Shown here: positions 1-9,318 of the stretch, in pieces
How positions within the stretch are numbered: position 1 is the stretch's first letter
Layout of the letters: each line of letters opens with the position of its first letter
Source of the DNA: Actinophytocola sp.
GTDB taxonomy: Bacteria > Actinomycetota > Actinomycetes > Mycobacteriales > Pseudonocardiaceae
Reading direction: 5' to 3'
DNA: 64,000 bases
Assembly (NCBI GenBank): GCA_009377395.1
Contig: WHUB01000008.1
Location: forward strand, 20,972-84,971
Notes under the pieces: generated by a model
Seen by the model: only the letters and a program-made list of their open reading frames with translations
Databases searched by the model: none
Told to the model about the DNA's origin: nothing
Position numbers and translations under genes: made by a program

Positions 1-559
1 CGCGCCGACGCACCTCGAGCAGGGTGCGCTCGCCGAACACGGCGTCGTTGAGGATGCTGCGCTGGCTGGTGGCGTCGGCCCACGCGGCGAGCACCTTCGC
101 GCCGGAGCCCGCCGTCATCGGCAGTCGCGCGCCGACCGGCACGGTGTCGCGCAGCCCGCTCGGCGGCTCCGCGGTCGCGACGCATACCCGCTGCGCGCCG
201 TCGCGCCGATACAGTTGCACGCTTTCGCCGGTGATGTCTCGTAGTTTGGGAAGCACGGCGCCTGCCGCGTCCAGCAACGGGTCGGTGGCTCCTCCCGCCA
301 GTTCCGCCAATGCGGTTCCCGGTCGCCAGCGCCCGTCCGGCGCGCGCCGCAGCATCCGGTGCATCTCGAGCCCGACGGCGAGCCGGTGCGCCGTGGCCCG
401 AGGCAGACCGGTTTTCGCGCATAGCTCGGCGAGCCCGCACGGTTCGGTTGCCACCGCCTGCAATACGGCGACGGCCTTGTCGAGCACCCCGATTCCGCTC
501 GACGCCTGCGTGGCGGTGCCGTTCGGTACGGGTGTCTCCTGACCTGTATGCTGTCCCAC
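1..559 (-). CDS. IclR-family transcriptional regulator (LtbR-like), partial; C-terminus lies beyond the window start
   Basis: Absent from the ORF track because no stop lies in the window. Hand translation of the minus strand gives ...[62 protein letters not shown]...[54 protein letters not shown], an IclR wHTH plus effector domain. Divergent from leuCD. GTG at 559 is only a candidate start. Confidence 0.75.
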   Translation of the reverse strand, partial: MGQHTGQETPVPNGTATQASSGIGVLDKAVAVLQAVATEPCGLAELCAKTGLPRATAHRLAVGLEMHRMLRRAPDGRWRPGTALAELAGGATDPLLDAAGAVLPKLRDITGESVQLYRRDGAQRVCVATAEPPSGLRDTVPVGARLPMTAGSGAKVLAAWADATSQRSILNDAVFGERTLLEVRRR

Positions 560-569
560 AACGCGATAC

Positions 570-575
570 TATAAT
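570..575 (+). promoter_or_regulatory. candidate -10 hexamer (TATAAT) in the IclR/leuC divergent intergenic region
   Basis: Perfect TATAAT (gatacTATAATccc) about 62 nt upstream of the leuC ATG in GC-rich context. No convincing -35; target strand unproven. Confidence 0.3.
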
Positions 576-636
576 CCCGAATCGTGAGATGTCCAGATGC
601 TGGGACGAGCGATCGGAGCACGTGAGGAGGAGCCTC

Positions 637-2067
637 ATGACAGCGAAAACGGGCCGCACACTGGCGGAGAAGGTGTGGGACGCGCATGTGGTGCGCCGCG
701 GCGACGGGGCGGAACCCGATGTGCTCTATATCGATCTGCATCTGGTGCACGAGGTGACGAGCCCGCAGGCCTTCGACGGGCTGCGGCTGGCGGGTCGCCC
801 GGTGCGCCGTCCCGATCTGACGATCGCGACCGAGGACCACAACGTCCCGACGACCTGGACGCTCGACCCGGCGTCGTCGGGCTTGTCGATCGAGGACCCC
901 GTTTCCCGTACCCAGGTCGAAACGCTGCGCCGCAACTGCGAGGAGTTCGGCGTGCGGCTGTACCCGATGGGCGACGCCGAGCAGGGCATCGTGCACGTCA
1001 TCGGCCCGCAGCTCGGCCTGACACAGCCGGGCATGACCGTGGTCTGCGGTGACAGCCACACCTCGACCCACGGCGCGTTCGGCGCGATGGCGTTCGGCAT
1101 CGGCACCTCCGAGGTGGAGCACGTGCTCGCCACCCAGACGCTGTCGCTGCGGCCGTTCAAGACCATGGCCGTCAACGTCACCGGGAAGCTGCGGCCCGGT
1201 GTGACCGCGAAGGACATCATCCTCGCCGTGATCGCCAAGATCGGCACCGGCGGCGGGCAGGGCTACGTGCTCGAGTACCGCGGCGAGGCCATCGAGGAAC
1301 TGTCGATGGAAGCGCGGATGACGATCTGCAACATGTCCATCGAGGCGGGCGCGCGGGCCGGCATGATCGCCCCGGACGAGACGACGTTCGAGTACCTGAA
1401 GGGCCGCTCGCACGCGCCGCAGGGCGCGCAGTGGGACGAGGCCGTCGCGGCGTGGCGGGAGCTGGCGACCGACGACGACGCCGAGTTCGACGCCGAGGTG
1501 GAGATCAACGCCGATGAGCTGACCCCGTTCGTGACCTGGGGAACCAACCCGGGACAGGGGCTGCCGCTGTCCGAGTCGGTGCCGGACCCGGAGCAGGTCG
1601 CCGACGAGAACGCGCGGTACGCGGCGGAGAAGGCGCTGGCGTACATGGATCTGACGCCGGGCACGCCGCTGCGCGAGATCGCGGTGGACACGGTGTTCCT
1701 CGGCTCGTGCACCAACGGCCGCATCGAGGACCTGCGCGCCGCGGCCGATGTGCTGTCGGGCAAGAAGGTCGCCGACGGCGTGACCATGCTGGTCGTGCCC
1801 GGGTCGATGCGGGTGCGCAAGCTGGCCGAGGAGGAGGGCCTGGACAAGGTGTTCCTCGACGCGGGCGCCGAGTGGCGGCAGGCGGGCTGCTCGATGTGTC
1901 TCGGCATGAACCCGGACCAGCTCAAGCCGGGGGAGCGCAGCGCGTCGACGTCGAACCGCAACTTCGAGGGCAGGCAAGGCAAGGGCGGCAGGACGCACCT
2001 GGTGTCGCCGTTGGTGGCGGCGGCGACGGCGGTGCGCGGGACGTTGTCCTCGCCGGAAGACCTGTAG
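637..2067 (+). CDS. leuC: 3-isopropylmalate dehydratase large subunit
   Basis: Frame of track ORF 310..2067. Start moved to ATG 637, with GAGGAGG 7 nt upstream. [19 protein letters not shown]...[16 protein letters not shown]...[14 protein letters not shown]...[12 protein letters not shown] are aconitase-family LeuC motifs. Confidence 0.95.
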   Translation: MTAKTGRTLAEKVWDAHVVRRGDGAEPDVLYIDLHLVHEVTSPQAFDGLRLAGRPVRRPDLTIATEDHNVPTTWTLDPASSGLSIEDPVSRTQVETLRRNCEEFGVRLYPMGDAEQGIVHVIGPQLGLTQPGMTVVCGDSHTSTHGAFGAMAFGIGTSEVEHVLATQTLSLRPFKTMAVNVTGKLRPGVTAKDIILAVIAKIGTGGGQGYVLEYRGEAIEELSMEARMTICNMSIEAGARAGMIAPDETTFEYLKGRSHAPQGAQWDEAVAAWRELATDDDAEFDAEVEINADELTPFVTWGTNPGQGLPLSESVPDPEQVADENARYAAEKALAYMDLTPGTPLREIAVDTVFLGSCTNGRIEDLRAAADVLSGKKVADGVTMLVVPGSMRVRKLAEEEGLDKVFLDAGAEWRQAGCSMCLGMNPDQLKPGERSASTSNRNFEGRQGKGGRTHLVSPLVAAATAVRGTLSSPEDL

Positions 2068-2094
2068 GCCCGAGACTTTCAGAGGAGAATCACC

Positions 2095-2688
2095 ATGGAT
2101 GCGTTTACCGTGCACACCGGGGTCGGCGTCCCGCTGCGCGCCTCTAATGTGGACACCGACCAGATCATTCCCGCCGTCTACCTCAAGCGGGTCACCCGCA
2201 CCGGATTCGAGGACGGGCTGTTCGCGGCCTGGCGCAACGACGAGACGTTCGTGCTGAACCAGGACGCCTTCCGTAACGGCAGTGTGCTGGTCGCCGGGCC
2301 CGACTTCGGCACCGGATCGTCGCGCGAGCATGCCGTGTGGGCGTTGATGAACTATGGCTTCCGGGTCGTCATCTCGTCCCGGTTCGCCGATATCTTCCGG
2401 GGCAACTCGGGCAAACAAGGACTCCTGACCGCCGAGTGTGAGCAGTCTCATGTAGAGCAGCTCTGGAAGATTCTCGAGACCGAGCCCGGTACCGAAGTGA
2501 CGGTGGATCTGCGGGAAAAGACCGTGACGGCCAAGGACTTCACGGCGCCGTTCCGTATCGACGACTACACCCGTTGGCGCCTGCTCGAAGGGCTTGATGA
2601 CATCGCGCTGACCTTGCGCTACGCCGACGATATCGATGCTTTCGAGCGGGATCGGCCGTCATACAAGCCAACCACGATGACGGCGTAG
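2095..2688 (+). CDS. leuD: 3-isopropylmalate dehydratase small subunit
   Basis: [43 protein letters not shown]...[17 protein letters not shown]; directly follows leuC. Confidence 0.95.
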   Translation: MDAFTVHTGVGVPLRASNVDTDQIIPAVYLKRVTRTGFEDGLFAAWRNDETFVLNQDAFRNGSVLVAGPDFGTGSSREHAVWALMNYGFRVVISSRFADIFRGNSGKQGLLTAECEQSHVEQLWKILETEPGTEVTVDLREKTVTAKDFTAPFRIDDYTRWRLLEGLDDIALTLRYADDIDAFERDRPSYKPTTMTA

Positions 2689-2849
2689 GATACTTAACGG
2701 GTATCGCCGGAGTTCACCCGGAGGGGTTTTTTCTGACCACGCAAGGCAATTGCCGCTGTGTCGTGTGGCCAATTTGCGATTTACGTAATAGCGTGCCATC
2801 AAGTCGGTCCGTGAGGCCGTGAACAACTGCAGTTCTCCGGAGGACTCGT

Positions 2850-3668
2850 ATGGCCAACAAGTCAGAAGTCGTCGAGGCACTCGCCGATCGCCTCGGTGAC
2901 AAGAAGGTCGCCGCCGAAGCGGTTGATGGTCTCGTCGACATCATCGTGCGCCGCGTGAACAAGGGCGAGAAGGTGACGATCACGGGTTTCGGCGCGTTCG
3001 AGAAGCGCCCGAGGGCTGCCCGCACGGCGCGGAATCCTCGCACCGGCGAGGCCGTGCGTCTCAAGAAGACGAACGTGCCCGCGTTCCGGGCAGGCACGAT
3101 GTTCCGTGAGGTCGTCGGTGGTCAGCGCAAGCTGGCCAAGGCGCCTGCCAAGCGCACGTCCGCCACCAGCACGACGCGGCGGTCGACGTCGGCCGCCACG
3201 ACGGCGACGGCGAGCAAGACGTCGCGCGCGGGCTCGAAGCCGGCCGCATCGCGGTCGACGACGGCGAAGAAGGCGCCCAGCACGACGAAGGCGAGCAGCA
3301 CCAGGACGTCGACGACCCGGCGTTCCACCACGGCCACCAAGACAGCGCCGAAGACGGCCGCGAAGACCACGACGCGGACCGCCGCGAAGGCGCCTGCCAA
3401 GACGGCGGCGAAGTCGACCACGAAGACGGCGACCAAGGCGCCCGCCAAGGCGACGAAGTCGACGGCCAAGGCCCCGGCCAAGGCCCCGGCGAAGTCGACG
3501 GCGAAGAAGTCGACCGCGACCAAGTCGACCGCGACCAAGTCGACTGCCACGAAGTCGACGGCGACCAAGGCGACCGCCAAGACGGCGCCGAAGAAGTCGG
3601 CTACGAAGGCGACCGCCAAGACCTCTCCGTCGACCAAGAAGTCGACCACGGCGAAGAAAAAGAAGTAG
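2850..3668 (+). CDS. hupB: HU-family nucleoid protein with long Lys/Ala/Thr-rich histone-H1-like C-terminal tail (HupB/MDP1/HupS type)
   Basis: N-terminal ~95 aa MANKSEVVEALADRLGDKKVAAEAVDGLVDIIVRRVNKGEKVTITGFGAFEKRPRAARTARNPRTGEAVRLKKTNVPAFRAG is an HU fold. About 175 aa of AKKA/TAKT/KSTAT low-complexity tail follows. GGAGG RBS before the ATG. Confidence 0.93.
   Translation: MANKSEVVEALADRLGDKKVAAEAVDGLVDIIVRRVNKGEKVTITGFGAFEKRPRAARTARNPRTGEAVRLKKTNVPAFRAGTMFREVVGGQRKLAKAPAKRTSATSTTRRSTSAATTATASKTSRAGSKPAASRSTTAKKAPSTTKASSTRTSTTRRSTTATKTAPKTAAKTTTRTAAKAPAKTAAKSTTKTATKAPAKATKSTAKAPAKAPAKSTAKKSTATKSTATKSTATKSTATKATAKTAPKKSATKATAKTSPSTKKSTTAKKKK
3507..3581 (+). repeat. five tandem 15-bp units (aagtcgaccgcgacc and variants) encoding (KSTAT)n inside the hupB tail
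   Basis: Units at 3507, 3522, 3537, 3552 and 3567. The first two are identical and the rest diverge at 2-5 positions. Confidence 0.85.
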
Positions 3669-3690
3669 GTGCCCGACCGCCGTCGGTGCG

Positions 3691-4566
3691 TCACCCGCTG
3701 ATCGTGACGCACTGACGGTCCGGCCCGACTTCCCACCTCCACGACTCCAGCGGTGGCGCGCCGCGATCGGCGTACCAGCGGATGGCGGCCAGCACCTCGT
3801 CGGCGAGGCAGCGTGGTCCCGACTGCCGCACCGTGAGCTGGTCGCTGGTGTCGCACTGCTCGATGTGCGCCCACGACGACGTCACCGGGTCGTCGAGGCG
3901 GATACCGGTGCGCGTGTTCTCGTAGCGGCACGACGGAACCGCGACCGCTACGACACTGCGCCATTCGGGTTGCCGGAGCAACGGTCTCGCGTCCTTGCCG
4001 TTGGCGCTGTCGGCATCGGCGCTGCCGTGGGCGATTCCGTTCGAGTCGACCTCGAACCGCACCAGTGGTCCGGCGGTGAACTCGGTGCCGATTCGCGCGA
4101 CGACCACGCCATCGGGGCGGGTCCCGGCGACGGCGGCGTACGGCAGCCTGCCGAGCGGAACCGGCCCGCCGAACAGCACGCGGTCCCACGGCCGGGCCGG
4201 GGTTGGCACGTCGGATGGCTCGCGCCGCAGCACGGTGACGTTGATGAGGCCGGTGCCGTACCGGGACTCCCGGCCGGACGCGATGAGCCGTTCCCGTGCC
4301 TGGCTGGCGATGTCGACGTCGGCCTCGGTGGTGACGACGTCGCCGTGCCTGCCGACGATCTCGGAGAGCACGGCCGTGGTGTAGCCGGATCCGGTGCCGA
4401 CTTCGAGCACCCGGTCGCCGCGCTGCGGGTCGAGCAGGCGCAGCAGCTGCGCCAGGCCGGCGGCTGATGGTGGCTGTCGCGGGCCGGTGGTGAACTCGTC
4501 GCGGTCCACGGCGGCGAGCGCGTGCCGATACGCCGCGTCCGCGACCAGGTTGACTTGAGTTGTCAC
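3691..4566 (-). CDS. protein-L-isoaspartate O-methyltransferase (PIMT)-like SAM methyltransferase with ~120-aa C-terminal extension
   Basis: LLDPQRGDRVLEVGTGSGYTTAVLSEIVGRHGDVVTTEADVDIASQARERL is a class I SAM motif I / PCMT-like core. The C-terminal part has no motif I recognise. GTG start with a GAAGGGG-like RBS. Confidence 0.7.
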   Translation of the reverse strand: MTTQVNLVADAAYRHALAAVDRDEFTTGPRQPPSAAGLAQLLRLLDPQRGDRVLEVGTGSGYTTAVLSEIVGRHGDVVTTEADVDIASQARERLIASGRESRYGTGLINVTVLRREPSDVPTPARPWDRVLFGGPVPLGRLPYAAVAGTRPDGVVVARIGTEFTAGPLVRFEVDSNGIAHGSADADSANGKDARPLLRQPEWRSVVAVAVPSCRYENTRTGIRLDDPVTSSWAHIEQCDTSDQLTVRQSGPRCLADEVLAAIRWYADRGAPPLESWRWEVGPDRQCVTISG

Positions 4567-4587
4567 CGCGTCCCCTTCGCTGAAAGG

Positions 4588-4638
4588 TGCGGTCCCGGAG
4601 CCGAGATGTGTCCGGGCCTGCCCTACTCCGGGACCGCA
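4588..4638. promoter_or_regulatory. 13-bp perfect inverted repeat (tgcggtcccggag N25 ctccgggaccgca) in the divergent methyltransferase/GNAT-remnant intergenic region
   Basis: Arms 4588..4600 and 4626..4638 are exact reverse complements. Lies 22 nt upstream of the methyltransferase GTG. Function (operator or RNA hairpin) unknown. Confidence 0.5.
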
Positions 4639-4740
4639 GTTCGATCCTTGATGACCTGCGATGACGAGGCAACGACCGGGCGTCGCACTTCTGTCGCACT
4701 TCCGCTGAACTTGTCTCGGCGATCTGCGAGACTCACGGCC

Positions 4741-5243
4741 ATGCCACCACAGGACATCGCGGTGTCCGTGCTGGATTCCGGCTCATGCAGGCGCTCACCT
4801 ATCTCTTCGGCCGGTCCGGGGCGTCCAACGGCTGCTGGTGCCAGTACTGGCTGCTGGGTCGCGACTACCACCGGCGGGACAGAACCCTGAATCGCCAAGC
4901 CCTGCACGACGAAGTCGACCGGATTCCCGCGCACCGAGCTGAGCTGGCTGCGTGCCCGCTTCGGCGAACGGCTGCCGGACGGCGACGACGTGTGGGCGAT
5001 GCCGTGCTTCTTCGTGCGCACGCGCTGGCGGGGCCGGGGCGTGATGTCGGCGCTCATCGCTGCGGGAGTCGACCTCGCCGGTCGGCACGGCCTGGCCATG
5101 CTGGAGGCCTATCCGGTCGATCCCGACGTCAGTGGCGCCACCAGGAACCGGTTCCCGGGCGTGCTGCGACCGTTCCTGCGGCGGGATTCGCCGAGGTGTC
5201 GCGGCTGTCCAAGGAACGCCCGGTCGTCCGCTACCGGCCCTGA
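4741..5243 (+). pseudogene. decayed GNAT-family N-acetyltransferase (CWC-motif subgroup): at least two frame changes plus an internal deletion
   Basis: Family-like segments sit in different frames. MPPQDIAVSVLDSGS is in frame 1 from 4741. ALTYLFGRSGASNGCWCQYWLLGRDY..LHDEVDR is in frame 0. PRTELSWLRARFG..DDVWAMPCFFVRTRWRGRGVMSALIAAGVDLAGRHGLAMLEAYPVDP is in frame 1. AAGFAEVSRLSKERPVVRYRP* is back in frame 0. The expected ..GLLAY.DG.PVGW.. block is missing near 4920. Confidence 0.6.
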
Positions 5244-5250
5244 ACGTCGA

Positions 5251-5354
5251 ACACGGCGGCAGGAACGCAGGACACGGCGGCAGGAACGCAGGACACGACA
5301 GCAGGAACGCAGGACACGACAGCAGGAGCGTGGGACACGACGGCAGGGCGCGCG
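5251..5354. repeat. 21-bp tandem repeat, 4 full plus 1 degenerate copies (acacggcggcaggaacgcagg)
   Basis: Units start at 5251, 5272, 5293, 5314 and 5335. Copies 1-2 are identical, copy 3 has 2 changes, and copies 4-5 decay progressively. Fills the convergent gap between the GNAT remnant stop (5243) and the mutT1 stop (5355). Confidence 0.9.
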
Positions 5355-6317
5355 CTACCGAGTCGGGGGTGGGAGGTAGCTGGCGGCGACGAGGTGGGGG
5401 GCGCCGTCGTTGTCGGAGCCGTCGGTGTCGAAGTCGTGGGCGCCGGGCCGCCGGAAGCTCAGCAGCCACAGCGAGCCCTTCTTGTTCGGCAGTTCGCCGA
5501 GCGGGAGGCCGTCGCGTTCCGCCAGCATGCCGACCAGGTACGGGATCACCTTGCCCTGACTGGAGATCAGCGGAGTGCCGCCACCGGCGGCGAGCGCGCG
5601 CAGCCGAGCGAGACCGGCGACGGGGTCGTCCCAGTAACCCTCCTCGGACAGCAGCGGCTCGTGCGTGACCGACGTGCCGAGGTCGTCGGCGATGCCCCGC
5701 ACCGTCTGCACGCACCGCAGCCGGGGCGCCGAATGCAGGCTGTCGGGGCCGAACAGCGGCAGCATCGAGCGCAGCTCCTCGGCCTGGCGGTTGCCCGCCG
5801 GGCTCAGCGGCCGCAGGTCGTCGTCACCGCGCCACTCGTCCCGCTTGCCTGCCTTGGCATGACGCACCAGCAGCACCGTCGTCAGCTCGGTGCCGAGCTC
5901 GGTGAACCTGTCGAGCGCGGTGATCTCGGTGCCATAGCTGAGCATCTCCCGTGCGGCCGCGGGGGTGAGCCAGCGCAGCGTGTCCACTTCGGCGTTCGGC
6001 TGGAACCGCCCGCCGAGCGCGCGGGCGCCGAAGTAGGTCACCGTCTTGTCGGCCATGCCGCCGGACTTCGCGGGCACCTCGTAGTAGCAGTGCGACAGTA
6101 ACTGGCCGAGCACGCAGTCGAACCCGGTCTCCTCGGCCACCTCCCGCACCGCGGTGGCGGGCACCGTCTCGCCCGTGTCGAGCTTGCCCTTCGGCAGCGA
6201 CCAGTCGTCGTAGCGCGGCCGGTGCACCACGGCGACCTCGACGTCGCCGTCACGCCCGGTGCGCCACAGCACCGCGCCCGCCGCGAGCACCGTGCTCTTC
6301 TGTTCCGTCGTCGTCAT
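5355..6317 (-). CDS. mutT1: Nudix hydrolase fused to a SixA/histidine-phosphatase domain (MutT1 type)
   Basis: Start taken at MTTTEQKST (6317). Nudix box LPKGKLDTGETVPATAVREVAEETGF, then VLLVRHAKAGKR...LSPAGNRQAEEL (RHG phosphatase motif). Lies downstream of ppk, as I recall for mycobacteria. Confidence 0.88.
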   Translation of the reverse strand: MTTTEQKSTVLAAGAVLWRTGRDGDVEVAVVHRPRYDDWSLPKGKLDTGETVPATAVREVAEETGFDCVLGQLLSHCYYEVPAKSGGMADKTVTYFGARALGGRFQPNAEVDTLRWLTPAAAREMLSYGTEITALDRFTELGTELTTVLLVRHAKAGKRDEWRGDDDLRPLSPAGNRQAEELRSMLPLFGPDSLHSAPRLRCVQTVRGIADDLGTSVTHEPLLSEEGYWDDPVAGLARLRALAAGGGTPLISSQGKVIPYLVGMLAERDGLPLGELPNKKGSLWLLSFRRPGAHDFDTDGSDNDGAPHLVAASYLPPPTR

Positions 6318-6343
6318 GCCCTGCTGGTGGTCCTGTTCCTGGC

Positions 6344-8581
6344 TCACCCGGTCGCCCGGTGCTTCGCGAGTAGTTCCACCTGATGGTCTCTGACTTGGGT
6401 GATGTCGGCGGGAGACGGGGTCCACTCGCCGGTCGAGCTCAGCACCCAGCAGCGGGTGACCGGGTTGAGCGCGGAGTCGAACATCTCGTCCAGCTGCCGC
6501 GTCAGCTTCTGGTCCTTGACCTGGACGATGACCTCGATCCGGCGGTCGAGGTTGCGGTGCATCATGTCGGCGCTGCCGATCCAGTACTTTCCGCTCGCCT
6601 TGAAGTGGAACACCCGCGAGTGCTCCAGGAACCGGCCGAGGATCGAGCGCACCGTGATGTTGTCCGAGAGTCCCGGCACGCCCGGCTTCAGCGCGCAGAT
6701 GCCGCGCACCACGACCTCGACCGGCACACCGGCCCGCGACGCCTGGTAGAGCCCGTCGATGATCTGCTCGTCGACCAGCGAGTTGACCTTGATGCGGATG
6801 CCGGACGGCTGACCGGCGCGGGCGCGGTCGATCTCGTCCCCGACGCAGTGCAGGATGCCTCGGCGGATGCCGCTCGGCGAGGTCAGGATGTTGCGGTAGG
6901 TGCTCTGCCGCGAGTAGCCGGTGAGCACGTTGAACAGGTCGGTCAGGTCGGCGCCGATGTCGGCGTCCCCGGTGAGCAGCCCGATGTCCTCGTACATCCT
7001 GGCCGTCTTCGGGTTGTAGTTGCCGGTGCCGATGTGGCAGTACCGCCGGATGCGCTGGCCTTCCTGCCGCACCACCAGCGACGTCTTGCAGTGCGTCTTC
7101 AGCCCCACGAGGCCGTACACGACGTGCACGCCGGAGCGCTCCAGCGCGCGGGCCCAGCCGATGTTGGCCTGCTCGTCGAAGCGTGCCTTGATCTCCACCA
7201 GCGCGACGACCTGCTTGCCCCCTTCCGCCGCGTCGATGAGCGCGTTGACGATCGGCGAGTCACCGGACGTCCGGTACAGCGTCTGCTTGATCGCAAGCAC
7301 CTTCGGGTCGGTCGCCGCCTGCTCGATGAATCGCTGCACGCTGGTCGAGAACGAGTCGTACGGGTGGTGCACCAGCACGTCGCCGTCGCGCAGCGTGGAG
7401 AACACGCTGCGCGGTGTCTCCCGGTCGGCGAACGCGGGATGTGTGGCGGGCACGAACGGCTGGTACTTGAGCTCTTTGCGGTCGACGTCGGCGAAGAGTT
7501 CGAGGCAGGTCATGTCGATCAACCCGGGCACCGAGACGACGTCGCGCGGGTCGACCTCGAGCTCGCGCAGCAGCAGTTCGAGCATGTGCTCGCTCATGTC
7601 CTGCTCGACCTCGAGCCGCACCGGCGGGCCGAACCTGCGCTGCGCCAGCTCCCGTTCCAGCGCCTGCAGCAGGTCTTCGTCGCGGTCCTCCTCGACCTCG
7701 AAGTCGGCGTTGCGGGTGACGCGGAAAACGTGGTGCTCGGTGACCTCCATGCCGGTGAACAGCTCGCCGAGGTGTGCCGAGATCAGCTCCTCCAGCGGCA
7801 GGAACGTGGCCGTCGGCGCGTCGGCGCTCGCCTCGATCCTGATCAGCCGAGGCACGTTGTTCGGCACCTTCACCCGGGCGAACCGCTCCAGCCCGCCGTC
7901 GGGATCGCGCACCGTCACCGCGAGGTTGAGCGACAACCCGGAGATGTAGGGGAACGGGTGCGCCGGGTCGACCGCGAGTGGGGTCAGCACCGGGAAGATC
8001 TGGTCGGTGAAGTAGCTGGAGAGCTGGTCGCGCTTGCCCGCGGGCAGCTCGGCCCAGCGGATCAGGCTGATGCCCTCGTCGTGCAGCGCGGGCCGCACCG
8101 ACTCCTCGAACATCTTGGTCTGGCGGGAGACGAGGTCCTGGTTACGCTTGGCGATGTAGGCGAGCTGCTCCCTCGGTGAGAGGCCGTCGGCGCTGCGCAC
8201 CGAGAGGCCGGTCTCGTCGCGGCGCTTCAGGCCCGCGACGCGCACCATGTAGAACTCATCCAGATTGGACGCGAAGATCGCGAGGAACTTCGCGCGTTCC
8301 AGCAGCGGTTGCGAGGTGTCCTCGGCGAGCGCGAGCACGCGGGCGTTGAAGTCCTGCCAGGACAGCTCCCGGTTGAGATAGCGATCGTCCGGCAGCTCGT
8401 CGGCGGCGGTCTCCGGGGTCACCGCGGGGGGAGCGGTCGGCACCGGCAGCGGATCGGCCGTGACGTGGCCGTTCCCGGGCGCCGCCCGGGTCTCCGGTGT
8501 GCCTCTCGCGCTACTCGTGCTCACCTGTTCCGCCCGAATCCATCGCCCCCGCGCGTCCCGCGGTTGTGATCGCCGTGGCAT
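6344..8581 (-). CDS. ppk: polyphosphate kinase 1
   Basis: [55 protein letters not shown]...two PLD-like domains ([11 protein letters not shown].., HSRVFHFK..). Start set to ATG 8581 (746 aa), overlapping the upstream stop as TGATG. The longer track ORF N-terminus is Arg/Pro-rich junk. Confidence 0.93.
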   Translation of the reverse strand: MPRRSQPRDARGRWIRAEQVSTSSARGTPETRAAPGNGHVTADPLPVPTAPPAVTPETAADELPDDRYLNRELSWQDFNARVLALAEDTSQPLLERAKFLAIFASNLDEFYMVRVAGLKRRDETGLSVRSADGLSPREQLAYIAKRNQDLVSRQTKMFEESVRPALHDEGISLIRWAELPAGKRDQLSSYFTDQIFPVLTPLAVDPAHPFPYISGLSLNLAVTVRDPDGGLERFARVKVPNNVPRLIRIEASADAPTATFLPLEELISAHLGELFTGMEVTEHHVFRVTRNADFEVEEDRDEDLLQALERELAQRRFGPPVRLEVEQDMSEHMLELLLRELEVDPRDVVSVPGLIDMTCLELFADVDRKELKYQPFVPATHPAFADRETPRSVFSTLRDGDVLVHHPYDSFSTSVQRFIEQAATDPKVLAIKQTLYRTSGDSPIVNALIDAAEGGKQVVALVEIKARFDEQANIGWARALERSGVHVVYGLVGLKTHCKTSLVVRQEGQRIRRYCHIGTGNYNPKTARMYEDIGLLTGDADIGADLTDLFNVLTGYSRQSTYRNILTSPSGIRRGILHCVGDEIDRARAGQPSGIRIKVNSLVDEQIIDGLYQASRAGVPVEVVVRGICALKPGVPGLSDNITVRSILGRFLEHSRVFHFKASGKYWIGSADMMHRNLDRRIEVIVQVKDQKLTRQLDEMFDSALNPVTRCWVLSSTGEWTPSPADITQVRDHQVELLAKHRATG

Positions 8582-9243
8582 CACGATACCCGCTTGGCGT
8601 CGGCGCAGTGGTGTGTTTCGCCACGCAGTACCGCCTGGGTGTGACGGCCGACGCCGAGCGCCCGGGCGCGCTCGACGTCGGCGACGGTGTCCACATCGGC
8701 GCGCAGCGTCGGGGCGGGCGTCGTCAGCGGCGCCGCGCCCGAGCGCAGGTGGGCCGCCGCCGAACCGTGCCCGAACCGGGGGTCGAGCCGGCCCCCGGGC
8801 GCCGACAGCAGCAGCGTCGTGCCGGTGCCCGCCCGGTCGGCGCACATCGCGCGCCTGCCCGCCGCCTCGGCCACGGCGGCGGCGAGGTCGTCCGGGCGCA
8901 GCGCGGGCAGGTCCGCCTGCAGCGCGCCGACGACGCCCTCGGGCTCGGCCCGCCGCAGCAGTCCGGCGCCATGGCGCAGCGCCGCGTTGAGACCGGCCGC
9001 GCCGCCGTCGTCGACGACCTCGGCGCCGAGCGCGACCAGCTCGGCCACCTCGGCGGGCGCGGCCGCGGTGACCAGGACCGTGCCGACGCCGGGGGTGGCC
9101 AGCGCGGCGGCCACGGTGTCGGCCGCCATGGCGAGCACCAGCCGGGCTCGGTTGCGCTCGTCACGCGGATAGCAGCACCCGATCAGTCGCGACTTTGCTA
9201 GCGTCAACGACTTGATCGGCACTACCAGACTCACCGACGGCAC
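8581..9243 (-). CDS. fbiD: CofC/FbiD-family guanylyltransferase (F420 biosynthesis)
   Basis: [17 protein letters not shown]...[37 protein letters not shown]...[15 protein letters not shown]...[11 protein letters not shown]. Position next to ppk matches what I recall for the mycobacterial arrangement. GTG start at 9243 (alternative 9234). Confidence 0.8.
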   Translation of the reverse strand: MPSVSLVVPIKSLTLAKSRLIGCCYPRDERNRARLVLAMAADTVAAALATPGVGTVLVTAAAPAEVAELVALGAEVVDDGGAAGLNAALRHGAGLLRRAEPEGVVGALQADLPALRPDDLAAAVAEAAGRRAMCADRAGTGTTLLLSAPGGRLDPRFGHGSAAAHLRSGAAPLTTPAPTLRADVDTVADVERARALGVGRHTQAVLRGETHHCADAKRVS

Positions 9244-9318
9244 GCGGGCTATCTTGCCCGAAACGCGGGCCCGGGTGCGACACTGCCCGCACGGCAGTCC
9301 GGACGGAGGTAAGCGACG

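Noticed and set aside
115-2451. Very long alternate-frame or antisense ORFs, e.g. 115..2451(-), 3106..4467(+), 3122..4699(-), 25403..28057(-), 29190..32954(+, 1254 aa), and the upstream half of 54735..58193(-).
   Set aside because: All overlap genes with clear family motifs in another frame. Their products are Arg/Pro/Gly/Ala-rich strings with no motifs. Stop-poor off-frames are expected at ~70% GC.
2705-2733. Intrinsic terminator after leuD (T6 tract at 2727..2732).
   Set aside because: The only stem I can draw is 4 bp (ccgg/ccgg) with a 7-nt loop, which is too weak to report as a feature.
3691-5243. RiPP (graspetide/lasso/lanthipeptide) cluster around the PIMT-like methyltransferase.
   Set aside because: There is no ATP-grasp, lasso cyclase/protease, LanM/LanKC or plausible precursor ORF nearby. 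The only neighbour is a decayed GNAT gene.
5251-5354. Possible CRISPR array.
   Set aside because: The 21-bp units are directly abutting with no spacers. There are no cas genes in the window, and the repeat is too short and degenerating.
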